A stretch of 64,000 nucleotides of DNA from an uncultured Lachnospiraceae bacterium (GTDB taxonomy: Bacteria > Bacillota > Clostridia > Christensenellales > UBA1242), in the NCBI GenBank assembly GCA_964393975.1, contig CAYMVO010000001.1, positions 4,055 to 68,054 on the forward strand. The letters run 5' to 3'. Below the pieces are notes generated by a model that was not told the origin of the DNA, did no database searches, and worked only from the letters and a program-made list of their open reading frames with translations. Both the position numbers and the translations under genes were made by a program. The first letter of the stretch is position 1. Every line of letters begins with the position of its first letter. Below, in pieces: positions 9,753 through 19,918 of this stretch.

Positions 9753-9780
9753 AAAGAGGCTATAAACTAGTCTCTTTTTA
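9753..9780 (+). terminator. rho-independent terminator
   Basis: AAAGAGGCTA-taaac-TAGTCTCTTT stem with one G.U pair, followed by a T run, downstream of the 9699 stop. Confidence 0.65.
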
Positions 9781-9902
9781 TTTATTCGTTTAGTAAATGA
9801 ATATTTATTTGTAGTAAGTCACTTATGAAATAAATATGATTTTAATTGCTATTATTTAATTTTTTTGATATACTAAAATAAATAAAAGTAAATAGGTGAG
9901 AT

Positions 9903-10823
9903 ATGATTTATGATAGTATTATAGTGGGCGGTGGACCTTGTGGTGTTACTGCAGGGATTTATTTGGCGAGAAGCGGTAGGAAAGTCTTATTATTGGAAAA
10001 ATCTATGATTGGTGGGCAAATTTTGTATACTCCAAATATAGAAAATTATCCTGGGTTTGTTGGTGGTGATGGATTTACACTATGTCAAAATTTTATGCGA
10101 CAATTAAGTCACGAAAAAGTTGAGGTAAAGTACGAAGAAGCAATATCTTTTGATTTTAGTGAAAAAATTAAAAAAATTTTGACATCAAAAGGAACATATT
10201 TAGCTAAAACTGTCATATTATGCTTAGGAGCGGAAAGCAAAAAACTTAATGTCGCTAATGAGTCAAATTTAGCAGGGAAAGGCGTTTCTTATTGTGCCGT
10301 GTGCGATGGTTCGCTGTTTAAAGACAAAAGTGTTTGTGTGATAGGTGGGGGAAACACGGCTGTAGAAGAAGCGATTTATCTCAGTGACATAGTAAAGACT
10401 GTCAATCTAGTTGTGAGGCGAGATGAGTTTCGTGCCGAACGCTCTTTGGTCGATACACTATATTCTAAGAAAGAAAATGGTAAAGATATCAATATTATTT
10501 TTAATAGTGTTGCTTGTGATATAGAGGGTTTTGACAAAGTTACAAGTATCAATTTGGAAAATACTATAGACAATACAAAATCTAACATCAAAGTAGATGG
10601 CGTGTTTGTAGCTATAGGATGCGTACCAAATACAAAAGCACTAAAAGGGATACTTGATTTGGATGAAATGGGATATATTAAGACTTCAGTTTATGAGACT
10701 AGCGTCAGTGGTGTGTTTGCCGGCGGTGATGTTATTCAAAAAAACCTTCGTCAAGTAGCAACCGCTGTGGCAGATGGTGCTTTGATAAGTGTTGAAATCA
10801 ATAATTACCTAAGAAAAATTTAA
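9903..10823 (+). CDS. trxB: thioredoxin-disulfide reductase
   Basis: FAD motif GGGPCG, redox-active CAVCDG and NADPH motif GGGNTAVEEA are present. Confidence 0.9.
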   Translation: MIYDSIIVGGGPCGVTAGIYLARSGRKVLLLEKSMIGGQILYTPNIENYPGFVGGDGFTLCQNFMRQLSHEKVEVKYEEAISFDFSEKIKKILTSKGTYLAKTVILCLGAESKKLNVANESNLAGKGVSYCAVCDGSLFKDKSVCVIGGGNTAVEEAIYLSDIVKTVNLVVRRDEFRAERSLVDTLYSKKENGKDINIIFNSVACDIEGFDKVTSINLENTIDNTKSNIKVDGVFVAIGCVPNTKALKGILDLDEMGYIKTSVYETSVSGVFAGGDVIQKNLRQVATAVADGALISVEINNYLRKI

Positions 10824-10908
10824 AGTATCTAAGATTGATGGTTATTTGAAATAGTAAAATAAATCTGATATGTTAGATTGGCGTAAATTATTTTTAGGAG
10901 GCTTTCTT

Positions 10909-12237
10909 TTGCAAGAGGTAAGATTTGGTACTGACGGGATAAGGGATATTGTAAACAAAGGATTAACCGCAAGCGTAGCTTTTGACGCGGGATGTGCTTT
11001 AGCACTGAGTCTAAAGGAAACAGTGTCAAAACCACAGGTAGTCATAGGTCACGACACTAGAAAGAGTGCGGATATGCTGATAAATGCTTTTAGTAGTGGC
11101 TTGATGAGTTATGGTGTTGATGTGGTAGATTTGGGGTTGGTATCGACTCCTGCAGTGTCATATATCACCGAAAAAAGTAATGCTGATGCTGGCGTGATGA
11201 TTACTGCTAGTCATAACACAAGCGAGTATAATGGTATTAAGATTTTTAACCAAAATGGTGAAAAAGTCGGAATGCAGTCTGAGGGTGTTTTAGAAAAATA
11301 TGCAAAATCACTTAATAAATACGAACTTTGCGATAGTGAAGAAGTAGGGGTGAAGAGTGAAGATTTCAAAGCGCTAAATGGTTATTTGAGTTTTTTGAGA
11401 AAAAAATTAAAGAAAAACGAACTAAAAGTTGCTTTTGATTGTGCAAATGGTGTAACAAATATCATTGTGCCGAAAGTCTTTAAAAAAATTAATACTACTA
11501 TCTTGGGAGATTCTACAGTCAGTTGTATGGTCAATAAAGGTAACGGTGTTATGGATATCAAAAAACTACAAACAACAGTAGTCTCAGAAGGCTTGGATGT
11601 GGGCTTTGCTTTTGACGGCGATGGCGATAGGATATATGCCGTTGATGAAAAAGGTAAAGTGCTAGATGGCGATGATATCTTAGGTGTTATAGCACTCTAT
11701 GCGTTATCCAAAAGGAAACTCAAAAATAACACCGTTGTAGGTACTGTAATGACAAATTATGGGATAGAGGGTTCGCTAAAACTATATGGAATAAAACTCA
11801 TTCGTCAAAATGTTGGAGATAGGTTTATACAAGGCGAGATGAGAAAAAATGGCTATGTCTTGGGTGGCGAACAAAGTGGGCATATTATAATAGGTGATAA
11901 ACTAAACACGGGTGATGGTGTATTGACTGCGATAACTATTTTAAATATAATGAGAGAGACGCGTAAGCGTTTGAGCGAATTGACCGAACCTTTGCGGAGA
12001 TTTCCGTCTGAGTTGATTAACGTTGCGGTTCGCGAAGAAAGTAAAAATTATATTTTGACTAGTGTAGATTTGCAAGATTTCATTAGAGACTTAGAGCAAG
12101 AGTTAGGTTGCAAAGGTCGTATACTAGTGCGTGCTAGTGGCACCGAGAGTAAAATAAGAATCCTTGTAGAAGGTGAGGATAAAAAACTAATAAAATCAAT
12201 TGCTGAGACTCTCAAATTTAAAATTTTATCAATGTGA
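10909..12237 (+). CDS. glmM: phosphoglucosamine mutase
   Basis: FGTDGIRD, active-site TASHNTSEYNGIK, Mg site FDGDGDR and GEQSGH are present. A TTG start at 10909 lies 7 nt after AGGAGG; the track ATG at 10870 is the alternative. Confidence 0.9.
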   Translation: MQEVRFGTDGIRDIVNKGLTASVAFDAGCALALSLKETVSKPQVVIGHDTRKSADMLINAFSSGLMSYGVDVVDLGLVSTPAVSYITEKSNADAGVMITASHNTSEYNGIKIFNQNGEKVGMQSEGVLEKYAKSLNKYELCDSEEVGVKSEDFKALNGYLSFLRKKLKKNELKVAFDCANGVTNIIVPKVFKKINTTILGDSTVSCMVNKGNGVMDIKKLQTTVVSEGLDVGFAFDGDGDRIYAVDEKGKVLDGDDILGVIALYALSKRKLKNNTVVGTVMTNYGIEGSLKLYGIKLIRQNVGDRFIQGEMRKNGYVLGGEQSGHIIIGDKLNTGDGVLTAITILNIMRETRKRLSELTEPLRRFPSELINVAVREESKNYILTSVDLQDFIRDLEQELGCKGRILVRASGTESKIRILVEGEDKKLIKSIAETLKFKILSM

Positions 12238-12241
12238 TTAA

Positions 12242-12270
12242 GGCTCTAAAGTTAGTTTAGAGTCTTTTTT
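12242..12270 (+). terminator. rho-independent terminator after glmM
   Basis: GGCTCTAAA-gttag-TTTAGAGTC stem followed by T6. Confidence 0.75.
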
Positions 12271-12337
12271 GCATTTTCGCTTGCTAACATTTTTAAAATA
12301 TGTTAGAATATACTAAAAATTTAAAGGATAAGTAGCG

Positions 12338-13021
12338 ATGAGTGTTTGTAGTTTTTGTGGCAGTGAATTGGTGTCTTTAAATGAGGCAGAGCAAAAAGTT
12401 TTAGCGGGGTTAATAAATAGTAGTAAATGTGGCGATTTATACAAATTGTATCCACACGTTTTTGAATATTGTCCTAATTGCCTTGTTTGTAAGGATGTGA
12501 CAGAAGATGATATAAAAAAAATAACTTTGCGTAAAGATGATTTACAAAAAGCATTTGAAAATAAAAAAATTGAGGATGTGGATATTTTTAAGTGGGCGAG
12601 GATAGCGGAGTTGGTTGGCTTTAATTATGAAATATTAGGTGATTATAGAAAAAGCACGCTTGCTTACAAGGCTTGCACTGATATATTAGATTTGATGATA
12701 TCTACTTATATATCTAAAAATCAGCATTTAGTGGATGAGAACGGTGAGACAGTCAGTCTTTTAAAAGAAGAAGCTTTTGAAAAATGCAAAAATGCTTTGA
12801 TATATAGTAAAAGTTTGAAAAGATTGACCTTAGGGCATTGTCAAAAATGTTTAAGTGATGATGATTTTTTAATGTTTTTAATTTATTTTGATACTTTGAT
12901 TGAGTTGGGTGTAAAAGATGAATGCGTAAAAATATCAACAGTTTTACAAAAAGAAAAACATCCTAATAGTGATTATCAGAATGCAATCAATTGTTTGATA
13001 CAAAAAGCATCAAATTTCTAG
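12338..13021 (+). CDS. zinc-ribbon plus helical (TPR-like) protein, DUF2225-like; paralog of 14239-14904
   Basis: N-terminal CxxC...CPNC (CSFCGSEL ... YCPNCLVC) is followed by a helical C-terminal part. The architecture matches that of 14239-14904. Confidence 0.5.
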   Translation: MSVCSFCGSELVSLNEAEQKVLAGLINSSKCGDLYKLYPHVFEYCPNCLVCKDVTEDDIKKITLRKDDLQKAFENKKIEDVDIFKWARIAELVGFNYEILGDYRKSTLAYKACTDILDLMISTYISKNQHLVDENGETVSLLKEEAFEKCKNALIYSKSLKRLTLGHCQKCLSDDDFLMFLIYFDTLIELGVKDECVKISTVLQKEKHPNSDYQNAINCLIQKASNF

Positions 13022-14095
13022 TCTAGTCACATATCTTTTTGTTAGATTATTGGCACTATTTGAGAAGTTGCTAGATTGGTCAGCTTGTAACTTTTCAATG
13101 ACGTATTTAAAATTGCACGGTGGATTGTAGCCGTGTATTTGACCTAATTGAATAGAGTCTTTCGAGTTGGTGTGTTTATCCGAACCATAGGAAGTGAATT
13201 TAACATTTTGATATAATGCGTTATAAGTTTCTTTAATATCATCGTTAGTGTAGCTTATAAGCTCCACACCATCAACGCCCATTTTTAGAAGTGTGTTTGT
13301 CATCATTTCTGCGTAGCTAAAACGTTGAATCTTATTATGATTGTATCGGTCGGAAAATTTTTTAAAACTTTTTAGTGGGTGCGCTATCATACATTTTCCA
13401 CCTGCTTTATGGACCGCATCAATCACGCTTTTTACATTTAAAATAATATTGTCTCTTGTTTTAAATAAGTTTCTTAATCTTAATAGCTCCAACTTTAACC
13501 TTTCACTAGAAAAACCTTTATTACTAAAATAATCGATTACTTCTTCCCAAGTGTATTTATCATGTATGCTTGAATTTTCAGACACGCGTTTGTCAAAAAC
13601 ATAATTTTTAAAATCATCTCTACTATACACCTTGCCATAGTTTTCATTCCCATATTTTACCAAGGTCTCTGGAATTGTAAAAAATGTCTCAAGATAATCT
13701 TCATATTTATCTCTTAAAAGACGCATAAATGGATTGTTCGGATCACGATTGAACCCGTAACATAATATGTGTAGTTTTTGTTTTTTCTTAGCGGAATGTG
13801 AGTAATAGCAAGTGATTTCAGCACCACATGCTACCTTTATCCCATCTTGTTGAAAATAAATTTTATCATCACTTAGTCCCAATGAACGCATATAGTTATC
13901 TACACCTGCGCAAGTATTGTGGTCGGTGATAGCGATATGAGATAAGTTTCTTTCTTTTGCTTCTTTTATAACTTCTTCAATAGTAAGATTAGCATCAGGA
14001 GAGCTGGCGGTATGAATATGCCCGTCAATATTATTGCTTTCTTTACAAAGTTGGTTCATATTATACGTCTTTAAGGACGGTTTTTTAACTCTCAT
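13010..14095 (-). CDS. PHP-domain metal-dependent phosphoesterase (TrpH/YciV-like)
   Basis: PHP motif series DGHIHTASSPDA, IAITDHNT, GAEITC, HILCYGF, MIAHP, GVELISY, GSDKH. A TAGGAGG SD and TTGAAT-17-TGaTAAAAT promoter lie on the minus strand. Confidence 0.75.
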   Translation of the reverse strand: MRVKKPSLKTYNMNQLCKESNNIDGHIHTASSPDANLTIEEVIKEAKERNLSHIAITDHNTCAGVDNYMRSLGLSDDKIYFQQDGIKVACGAEITCYYSHSAKKKQKLHILCYGFNRDPNNPFMRLLRDKYEDYLETFFTIPETLVKYGNENYGKVYSRDDFKNYVFDKRVSENSSIHDKYTWEEVIDYFSNKGFSSERLKLELLRLRNLFKTRDNIILNVKSVIDAVHKAGGKCMIAHPLKSFKKFSDRYNHNKIQRFSYAEMMTNTLLKMGVDGVELISYTNDDIKETYNALYQNVKFTSYGSDKHTNSKDSIQLGQIHGYNPPCNFKYVIEKLQADQSSNFSNSANNLTKRYVTRLEI

Positions 14096-14169
14096 AATAA
14101 GCCTCCTAAACTCGTTATTACAATTTTATCACATTTTCAAAAAAAATTCAATACCTATGCTTTAATTAT

Positions 14170-14198
14170 TTGACAAAATAACATAATATTAGTATAAT
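14170..14198 (+). promoter_or_regulatory. sigmaA-type promoter (TTGACA-17-TATAAT)
   Basis: Consensus hexamers at 14170-14175 and 14193-14198, upstream of 14239. Confidence 0.6.
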
Positions 14199-14238
14199 AG
14201 GATATAAAGAAAAATTAAATTGAGTTTTAGGAGGCTCT

Positions 14239-14904
14239 ATGCAGTTTGAAGATAAATTGACATACGAAAAAAGGGAGTGTGGTATATGCCACTTTAGTTG
14301 GTATTATCCAAAATTTAATGAGGAAGTCTTAACCCCTATAGAAAAGTTATTTTATTTACAAATTGATATTTGCCCTAATTGTAAGTACACTAGCGAAGAC
14401 GTTACTCAAATTATGGATGGCGAAGCGGAGTTGATGAAGACTAAAGAGTATGAGGAGTTGATAAAATCTAAAAACGCTAAATATGCTTTAGTTTGTCACA
14501 GAGAGTCGTATATTTGTCTAGCTTATGCGTTTTTAAAAGAGAAATTGCACCAATTTGGACTTGCAGGGAAAGCGTATTTAGTTGCATCTGAAATAGAAAC
14601 AATGCAATATGAAACATATCTAAATAGCAATTTGTATAATGAAAAACTTGATAAAGAAATGATAGAAGAGTCAAAGAAAAATGTGACAAAGTACATACAA
14701 AAGGGACTTAGTAACATTTTGGTGTATGCCCAACAAAAAAGTACACTAGATATAAAAGATTACTTGTTAATTAGTTACGCTTACGTGAGAAATGGCGAAA
14801 AGGAAAACTCACTAAGGTATTTGAGTCAAGCAATAAAATTAAAACCAACCGATGATTTGATTGATATTATACAACAAATTAATAATATGACAAAGGAGCT
14901 TTAA
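14239..14904 (+). CDS. zinc-ribbon plus helical (TPR-like) protein, DUF2225-like; paralog of 12338-13021
   Basis: CGICHFSW ... ICPNCKYTSEDV zinc ribbon is followed by a helical repeat region. A TAGGAGG SD is present. Confidence 0.5.
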   Translation: MQFEDKLTYEKRECGICHFSWYYPKFNEEVLTPIEKLFYLQIDICPNCKYTSEDVTQIMDGEAELMKTKEYEELIKSKNAKYALVCHRESYICLAYAFLKEKLHQFGLAGKAYLVASEIETMQYETYLNSNLYNEKLDKEMIEESKKNVTKYIQKGLSNILVYAQQKSTLDIKDYLLISYAYVRNGEKENSLRYLSQAIKLKPTDDLIDIIQQINNMTKEL

Positions 14905-14909
14905 AAAAA

Positions 14910-15455
14910 ATGGAAACAGTTTTGATAGTTGTCATTATAATGATAATAGCGTTACTACTTGGATGTATGAGTTTTTATTACATAAAGTATAAGCGCCCTG
15001 AAAAGGATCCATTTGAGGAGGAGTTAGCTTTAAAGATTACTGATAACTTTTTAGGTAAAGAGGAGTTGAAATTTTACAATTTTATGGTGAATAATATGGG
15101 GAGTGAATGGAGAATTTTGCCACGAGTAGGTGTGGACACCGTTTTGCAACCAACCATAAATAAAAATCAGTATAATATGCTAATGAGCAATTATTTTGAT
15201 TTTGTCGTTTTTGACTCAACGTTTAAGCCGTTATTCGTAATTGACCTTATAAAGGGAAGCATTAGTAAAGGTACTATGCTCAATAAATATGACAAGCACG
15301 TGACTATGGCGCTTGATGCGGTAAAACTACCTGTGGTGATAATAAAGACTGCGGATTTTTATATCTATGACGAAGTCAAAGCGATTATTGATGAAGTCTT
15401 AAATGGCGAAATAAAAGAAACAAATAATGAAGTAAAGATAAATAATGGTAAATAA
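14910..15455 (+). CDS. membrane-anchored DUF2726-like (restriction-endonuclease-fold) protein
   Basis: It has an N-terminal TM helix (VLIVVIIMIIALLLGCMSFYYI). The following sequence, EELKFYNFM...WRILPRVGV...YFDFVVFDSTFKPLFVIDL, resembles the DUF2726 core. Confidence 0.5.
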   Translation: METVLIVVIIMIIALLLGCMSFYYIKYKRPEKDPFEEELALKITDNFLGKEELKFYNFMVNNMGSEWRILPRVGVDTVLQPTINKNQYNMLMSNYFDFVVFDSTFKPLFVIDLIKGSISKGTMLNKYDKHVTMALDAVKLPVVIIKTADFYIYDEVKAIIDEVLNGEIKETNNEVKINNGK

Positions 15456-15472
15456 AAATAAAGGTTTATACA

Positions 15473-17671
15473 ATGATAGATTTAAATGAATTAAACGAAG
15501 AGCAAAGGCAAGCGCTAGAATGCTCTAATGGAGCGGTTCTTGTGACTGCGGGAGCGGGCAGTGGCAAGACTAGATTACTGACGCATAGAATCGTTTATTT
15601 GATACAAGAAAAAAATGTGGCACCATATAATATTCTTGCCATAACTTTTACGAATAAAGCCACCAAAGAAATGAAAGAACGTATTGCGAGTATGCTTGGG
15701 TTTGAAGGCGGTGTGTGGATTTCAACTATACACTCAATGTGTGCAACAATTTTGAGAAATTTCATACAAAAATTAGATGCAAGATACACATCTAATTTTT
15801 CTATATATTCACCTGATGAATGTCAAAAAGAAGTAAAACGCATTTTGGAAAATAAAAACTTATCTAAAAATGACAAAGAGGGAATGGTAAAAACAATACT
15901 CTTTCATATAGGTAATTACAAGAACGAAAACATTGATTTGCAAGAATATAAAAAGATTATCGCAGGCGAAAAAAACGCTGATATTATTATTGATTGTATA
16001 TATGAATACAACTACGCACTAAGGGAGAGTAATGCGGTTGATTTTGATGATTTACTCGTTTTGACTGAACAACTTTTACGTAAGGATAGTGAAGTGCTAG
16101 ATTTTTACGCTAGTAGATTTAAATACATTCACGTAGATGAGTTTCAAGATACTAATGTTGTGCAATATAATATAGTAAAGCTCCTCGCTAGTAAATACGG
16201 CAATGTGTTTGTTGTAGGTGATGAGGACCAATGTATTTATGGGTGGCGAGGGGCAAGCATAGCGAATATATCTAATTTTATAAAAGATTTTAGTGATTGT
16301 CACGTGTTTAAACTGGAAAGAAATTATCGTAGTACAAAAAAGATTTTAGACTTAGCAAATAAATTAATAAGTCACAATTCAAAGCGTATAACTAAAAATC
16401 TTTATACGGAAAACAACGACGGTGAGAACATCGTTTACAAGACTCTAGGAAGTGATAGAGGGGAGACGGAGTTTGTAGCACAAAAAATTTGTGAACTGAA
16501 AACACTAGGATATGAATATAAAGATATTGCTGTGCTTATGCGACTCAATGCCTTGTCTAGAGGTTTTGAACAAAAATTTTTAAACTATAATATTCCTTAT
16601 GTGGTTTATGGTGGCTTTAAATTTTTTGATAGACTGGAAATTAAAAATGTGTTGGCGTATCTAAGACTCGTAAACAACCCTAGTGACAACGCTAGTTTTA
16701 TGCGGGTTATCAATTTTCCAAAGCGTGGTTTGGGGGATGCAAGTATCACCAAACTAAGAGAGTTTGCTGAAGATAGACAAATGTCACTCTTTACTATATG
16801 TGGTGTAATTCAAGAGTGCGACACACTAAATAACGGAACTAAGAAAAAGTTTGAAGAGTTTTACAACTTGATACAAAACATAAAGGAATTTAGTAAACAA
16901 AATGATATACCTAGTCTAATAAATTTTGTGGTAAAAAATGTTGCTATTTTGGATGCTTTTGAAGATACAAAAGAAGACAGAATGAATAGAGAGCTCAATA
17001 TAAATTCACTTATTCAAAGTGCAGATGAGTTTGTAAAAAGCAATGAGGACACCTCTTTAAATAAATATCTAGAAAGCGTATCACTTATTAGCGACCTAGA
17101 CACCGCCGAAGATGTCAATAACGCTGTGACCTTAGCGACCGTACATGCAGTCAAGGGACTTGAATTTAAAGTGGTATTTATAGTGGGCGTGGAGCAACAA
17201 ATTTTTCCTATTGTTAGATATGATACTGATGAAGAAGAGGAACGCCGTTTGATGTATGTTGCGATAACTCGTGCGGAAAATTTATTATTTTTAACAAACA
17301 CACAAAATAGATATCTATACAATAAGGCGGACTTTATGACTCCTTCAATTTTCTTGAAAGAAATGGGACTAGATAGTGTGATTTCGTACAAAGAACAAAA
17401 GGAGCGTTCTTTTTACGATGATGAGTCTACTCAAATGACAAGAACGAATAAGTCGCTAGTGGAATTAAATCAGTTTGATTACAAACTCAAAAAGTCTAAT
17501 AACGGGTTTAATGGGTTTGTTGAGGGTGCAAAAGTGTCACATAATAAATTTGGTGATGGTGTGATATTACAAATTTCGGGTAGTGGCATAAACACAGAAG
17601 CGCTCATAAAATTTGAGAGCGTTGGTGTCAAAAATTTAATGCTACAATATGCAAATTTAAAACTAATCTAA
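15473..17671 (+). CDS. pcrA: ATP-dependent DNA helicase PcrA (UvrD family)
   Basis: Walker A GAGSGKTR, VDEFQDTN and the remaining SF1 motifs are present, with a C-terminal Tudor-like FGDGVILQ. ligA follows directly. Confidence 0.9.
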   Translation: MIDLNELNEEQRQALECSNGAVLVTAGAGSGKTRLLTHRIVYLIQEKNVAPYNILAITFTNKATKEMKERIASMLGFEGGVWISTIHSMCATILRNFIQKLDARYTSNFSIYSPDECQKEVKRILENKNLSKNDKEGMVKTILFHIGNYKNENIDLQEYKKIIAGEKNADIIIDCIYEYNYALRESNAVDFDDLLVLTEQLLRKDSEVLDFYASRFKYIHVDEFQDTNVVQYNIVKLLASKYGNVFVVGDEDQCIYGWRGASIANISNFIKDFSDCHVFKLERNYRSTKKILDLANKLISHNSKRITKNLYTENNDGENIVYKTLGSDRGETEFVAQKICELKTLGYEYKDIAVLMRLNALSRGFEQKFLNYNIPYVVYGGFKFFDRLEIKNVLAYLRLVNNPSDNASFMRVINFPKRGLGDASITKLREFAEDRQMSLFTICGVIQECDTLNNGTKKKFEEFYNLIQNIKEFSKQNDIPSLINFVVKNVAILDAFEDTKEDRMNRELNINSLIQSADEFVKSNEDTSLNKYLESVSLISDLDTAEDVNNAVTLATVHAVKGLEFKVVFIVGVEQQIFPIVRYDTDEEEERRLMYVAITRAENLLFLTNTQNRYLYNKADFMTPSIFLKEMGLDSVISYKEQKERSFYDDESTQMTRTNKSLVELNQFDYKLKKSNNGFNGFVEGAKVSHNKFGDGVILQISGSGINTEALIKFESVGVKNLMLQYANLKLI

Positions 17672-17691
17672 AAAATTAAGAGGACTTTTTT

Positions 17692-19647
17692 ATGGAATTA
17701 GAAAGAATGCGTGAATTGATTAAGTTAATAGAGAAGTACAACTATTACTATTACACGCTAGACCAACCTGTTATATCCGACTATGAATACGATAAATTGT
17801 ATGATGAGTTGGTCGCTTTGGAAAAATCTACTGGCGTAACACTAGAAAATTCACCTACTACAAGAGTTGGCGATACAGTGCTAGAGGGCTTTGAGAAAAA
17901 GACACACAAAATCAAATTATTTAGTCTAGACAAGGTAAACAATTTTGGAGATTTGCAAAAATGGGTTTTAGATGTCAAAAAACATTATAAAAATGCGACT
18001 TTTGACCTAGAATACAAGTATGACGGACTAAAGATATGTTTGACATATAAAAATGGCTTATTAGAGTCGGCGGTTACTCGTGGGAATGGATTAGTCGGCG
18101 AAGATGTCACTAAACAAGTGAAAACCATAAAAAGTATACCTCTTAGCATTGACTATAAAAAAGATTTGATTTTGCAAGGCGAAGGAATGATGTTTTTAAG
18201 CGACCTAGAAAAGTATAATAAAACATATCCAAATGAACCACTTAAAAACGCTAGGAATGCAGTCGCTGGTGCTATAAGAAACTTAGATCCAAAAGAGACT
18301 GCAAAACGAAATTTAAACCTTATTTTATATGATATCCTATATATTGAAGATAAAGATTTGATAAAAAAGCAGAGCGATGCGGAGAAGTTTTTATTAGAAA
18401 ATAAATTTAAACATTTTAAGGGATCGTATTTCAAAGATTTTGATAAAATAGAAAATGCTATTAAAGAATTGGATAAAAAGCGAAAGGCACTAGATTTTTT
18501 AGTGGATGGTGCAGTGATTAAAATAAATGAGTTTGATATCCGTAATGAACTAGGCGAAACTTCCAAATTTCCTAGATGGGCTATGGCTTTTAAGTTTGAG
18601 GCGGAGGAGATTAGTACTAGGCTAATCGATATTATTTGGCAAGTCGGGCGTAGCGGGAAAGTGACACCAACGGGTATTTTAGAACCTGTAACGCTAGCGG
18701 GTGCGTTAATTAGTCGTGCTACGCTAAATAATTATGCGGATATTATGAGAAAACAACTGAAACTACCTTGTAGGGTGTTTATTCGTCGTAGTAACGAGGT
18801 TATTCCAGAGGTGCTTGGTTTAGCTGAATTAGAAGAAAACTCAATGAATATAATAAAACCCAATATTTGCCCTTGTTGCGGTTCGAAACTAATTGAGAAA
18901 GGTCCGAATATTTATTGTCCTAACTTTGATTGTCCTGAAAGGGTAAAGAGCCAATTATCACATTTTGTGTCAAAAGAAGGTATGAATATTGAGGGTGTAA
19001 GTGATAGCACGATTGAGGCGATGTATGACACATTAAATGTTCGAAGTGGTGCTGATTTGTATGATTTGACAAAAGATGATTTGTATAAATTAGAGTCGTT
19101 TAAGGACAAAAAAGTAGATAGTTATTTAAGCTTTATTGAAAAAAGCAAAAATGTATATGCTGGTAATTTTCTATATGCACTTTCAATCCCAAATGTTGGT
19201 AAAAAGACCATAAAAGATTTGCTTAATTATTTTGGTGATTTGGATACTTTAAAAAATGCAAGCATAGAGGATATTATGAACGTATATCAAATAGGTGATG
19301 TTGTTGCAAATGATATTTACACATTTTTTAAAGATGAACGAAATATATCTCTTATCAATAATCTTTTTGCAAAAGGCATAAAAATTTACTACAAAGACAA
19401 TACTAAAAAGGATGAGTTTTGGAGTGGCAAAAAGGTCGTTTTAACTGGAACACTTACAAATTATACTAGAAATGAAGCGACGGAATTGCTGGAAAATATG
19501 GGTGCACAAGTTTTAAGTAATGTTAGTGCTAAATGTGATTATGTAATTTATGGCGAGAATGCAGGTTCGAAACTTACAAAAGCAAAAGAATTAAGAGTGA
19601 ATTTGCTGACTGAAAAAGAGTTTATCGACTTAATTGTAAAGGACTAA
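17692..19647 (+). CDS. ligA: NAD-dependent DNA ligase
   Basis: Adenylation motif KYDGLK, four-Cys zinc finger CPCCGSKL...CPNFDCP, HhH region and C-terminal BRCT-like segment are present. Confidence 0.9.
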   Translation: MELERMRELIKLIEKYNYYYYTLDQPVISDYEYDKLYDELVALEKSTGVTLENSPTTRVGDTVLEGFEKKTHKIKLFSLDKVNNFGDLQKWVLDVKKHYKNATFDLEYKYDGLKICLTYKNGLLESAVTRGNGLVGEDVTKQVKTIKSIPLSIDYKKDLILQGEGMMFLSDLEKYNKTYPNEPLKNARNAVAGAIRNLDPKETAKRNLNLILYDILYIEDKDLIKKQSDAEKFLLENKFKHFKGSYFKDFDKIENAIKELDKKRKALDFLVDGAVIKINEFDIRNELGETSKFPRWAMAFKFEAEEISTRLIDIIWQVGRSGKVTPTGILEPVTLAGALISRATLNNYADIMRKQLKLPCRVFIRRSNEVIPEVLGLAELEENSMNIIKPNICPCCGSKLIEKGPNIYCPNFDCPERVKSQLSHFVSKEGMNIEGVSDSTIEAMYDTLNVRSGADLYDLTKDDLYKLESFKDKKVDSYLSFIEKSKNVYAGNFLYALSIPNVGKKTIKDLLNYFGDLDTLKNASIEDIMNVYQIGDVVANDIYTFFKDERNISLINNLFAKGIKIYYKDNTKKDEFWSGKKVVLTGTLTNYTRNEATELLENMGAQVLSNVSAKCDYVIYGENAGSKLTKAKELRVNLLTEKEFIDLIVKD

Positions 19648-19858
19648 TTAATTCTTTGAAGTAAGAACTATATCTTTATGAGTATATTAAAAAACTAAAT
19701 CAAATAAAAATCATTACTAACGGATATAACCATCTAAACGACCATAGAGTTAATATTGATGTATAGAATTCGAGTAGTCCCAAGTGTGAGTTTTGGTGTG
19801 TATTTTAGAAAAGATTGCATGAGAGCGGTCTATATTTATGATATTTATGCTGATAGAG

Positions 19859-19887
19859 TTGACATTTTTCATAAAACACAGTATGAT
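19859..19887 (+). promoter_or_regulatory. sigmaA-type promoter (TTGACA-17-TATGAT)
   Basis: -35 at 19859-19864 and -10 at 19882-19887, upstream of queH. Confidence 0.55.
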
Positions 19888-19918
19888 ATATAGTATTGAA
19901 TAATATGGAGTGCGAAAG

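Noticed and set aside
19689-19698. AAAAAACTAA tail reminiscent of the preQ1-I riboswitch, in the spacer before queH.
   Set aside because: It lies directly after the ligA stop and ~170 nt upstream of the predicted queH promoter. No adjacent P1 hairpin with the conserved loop is evident. An A-rich 10-mer is expected by chance in this AT-rich DNA.
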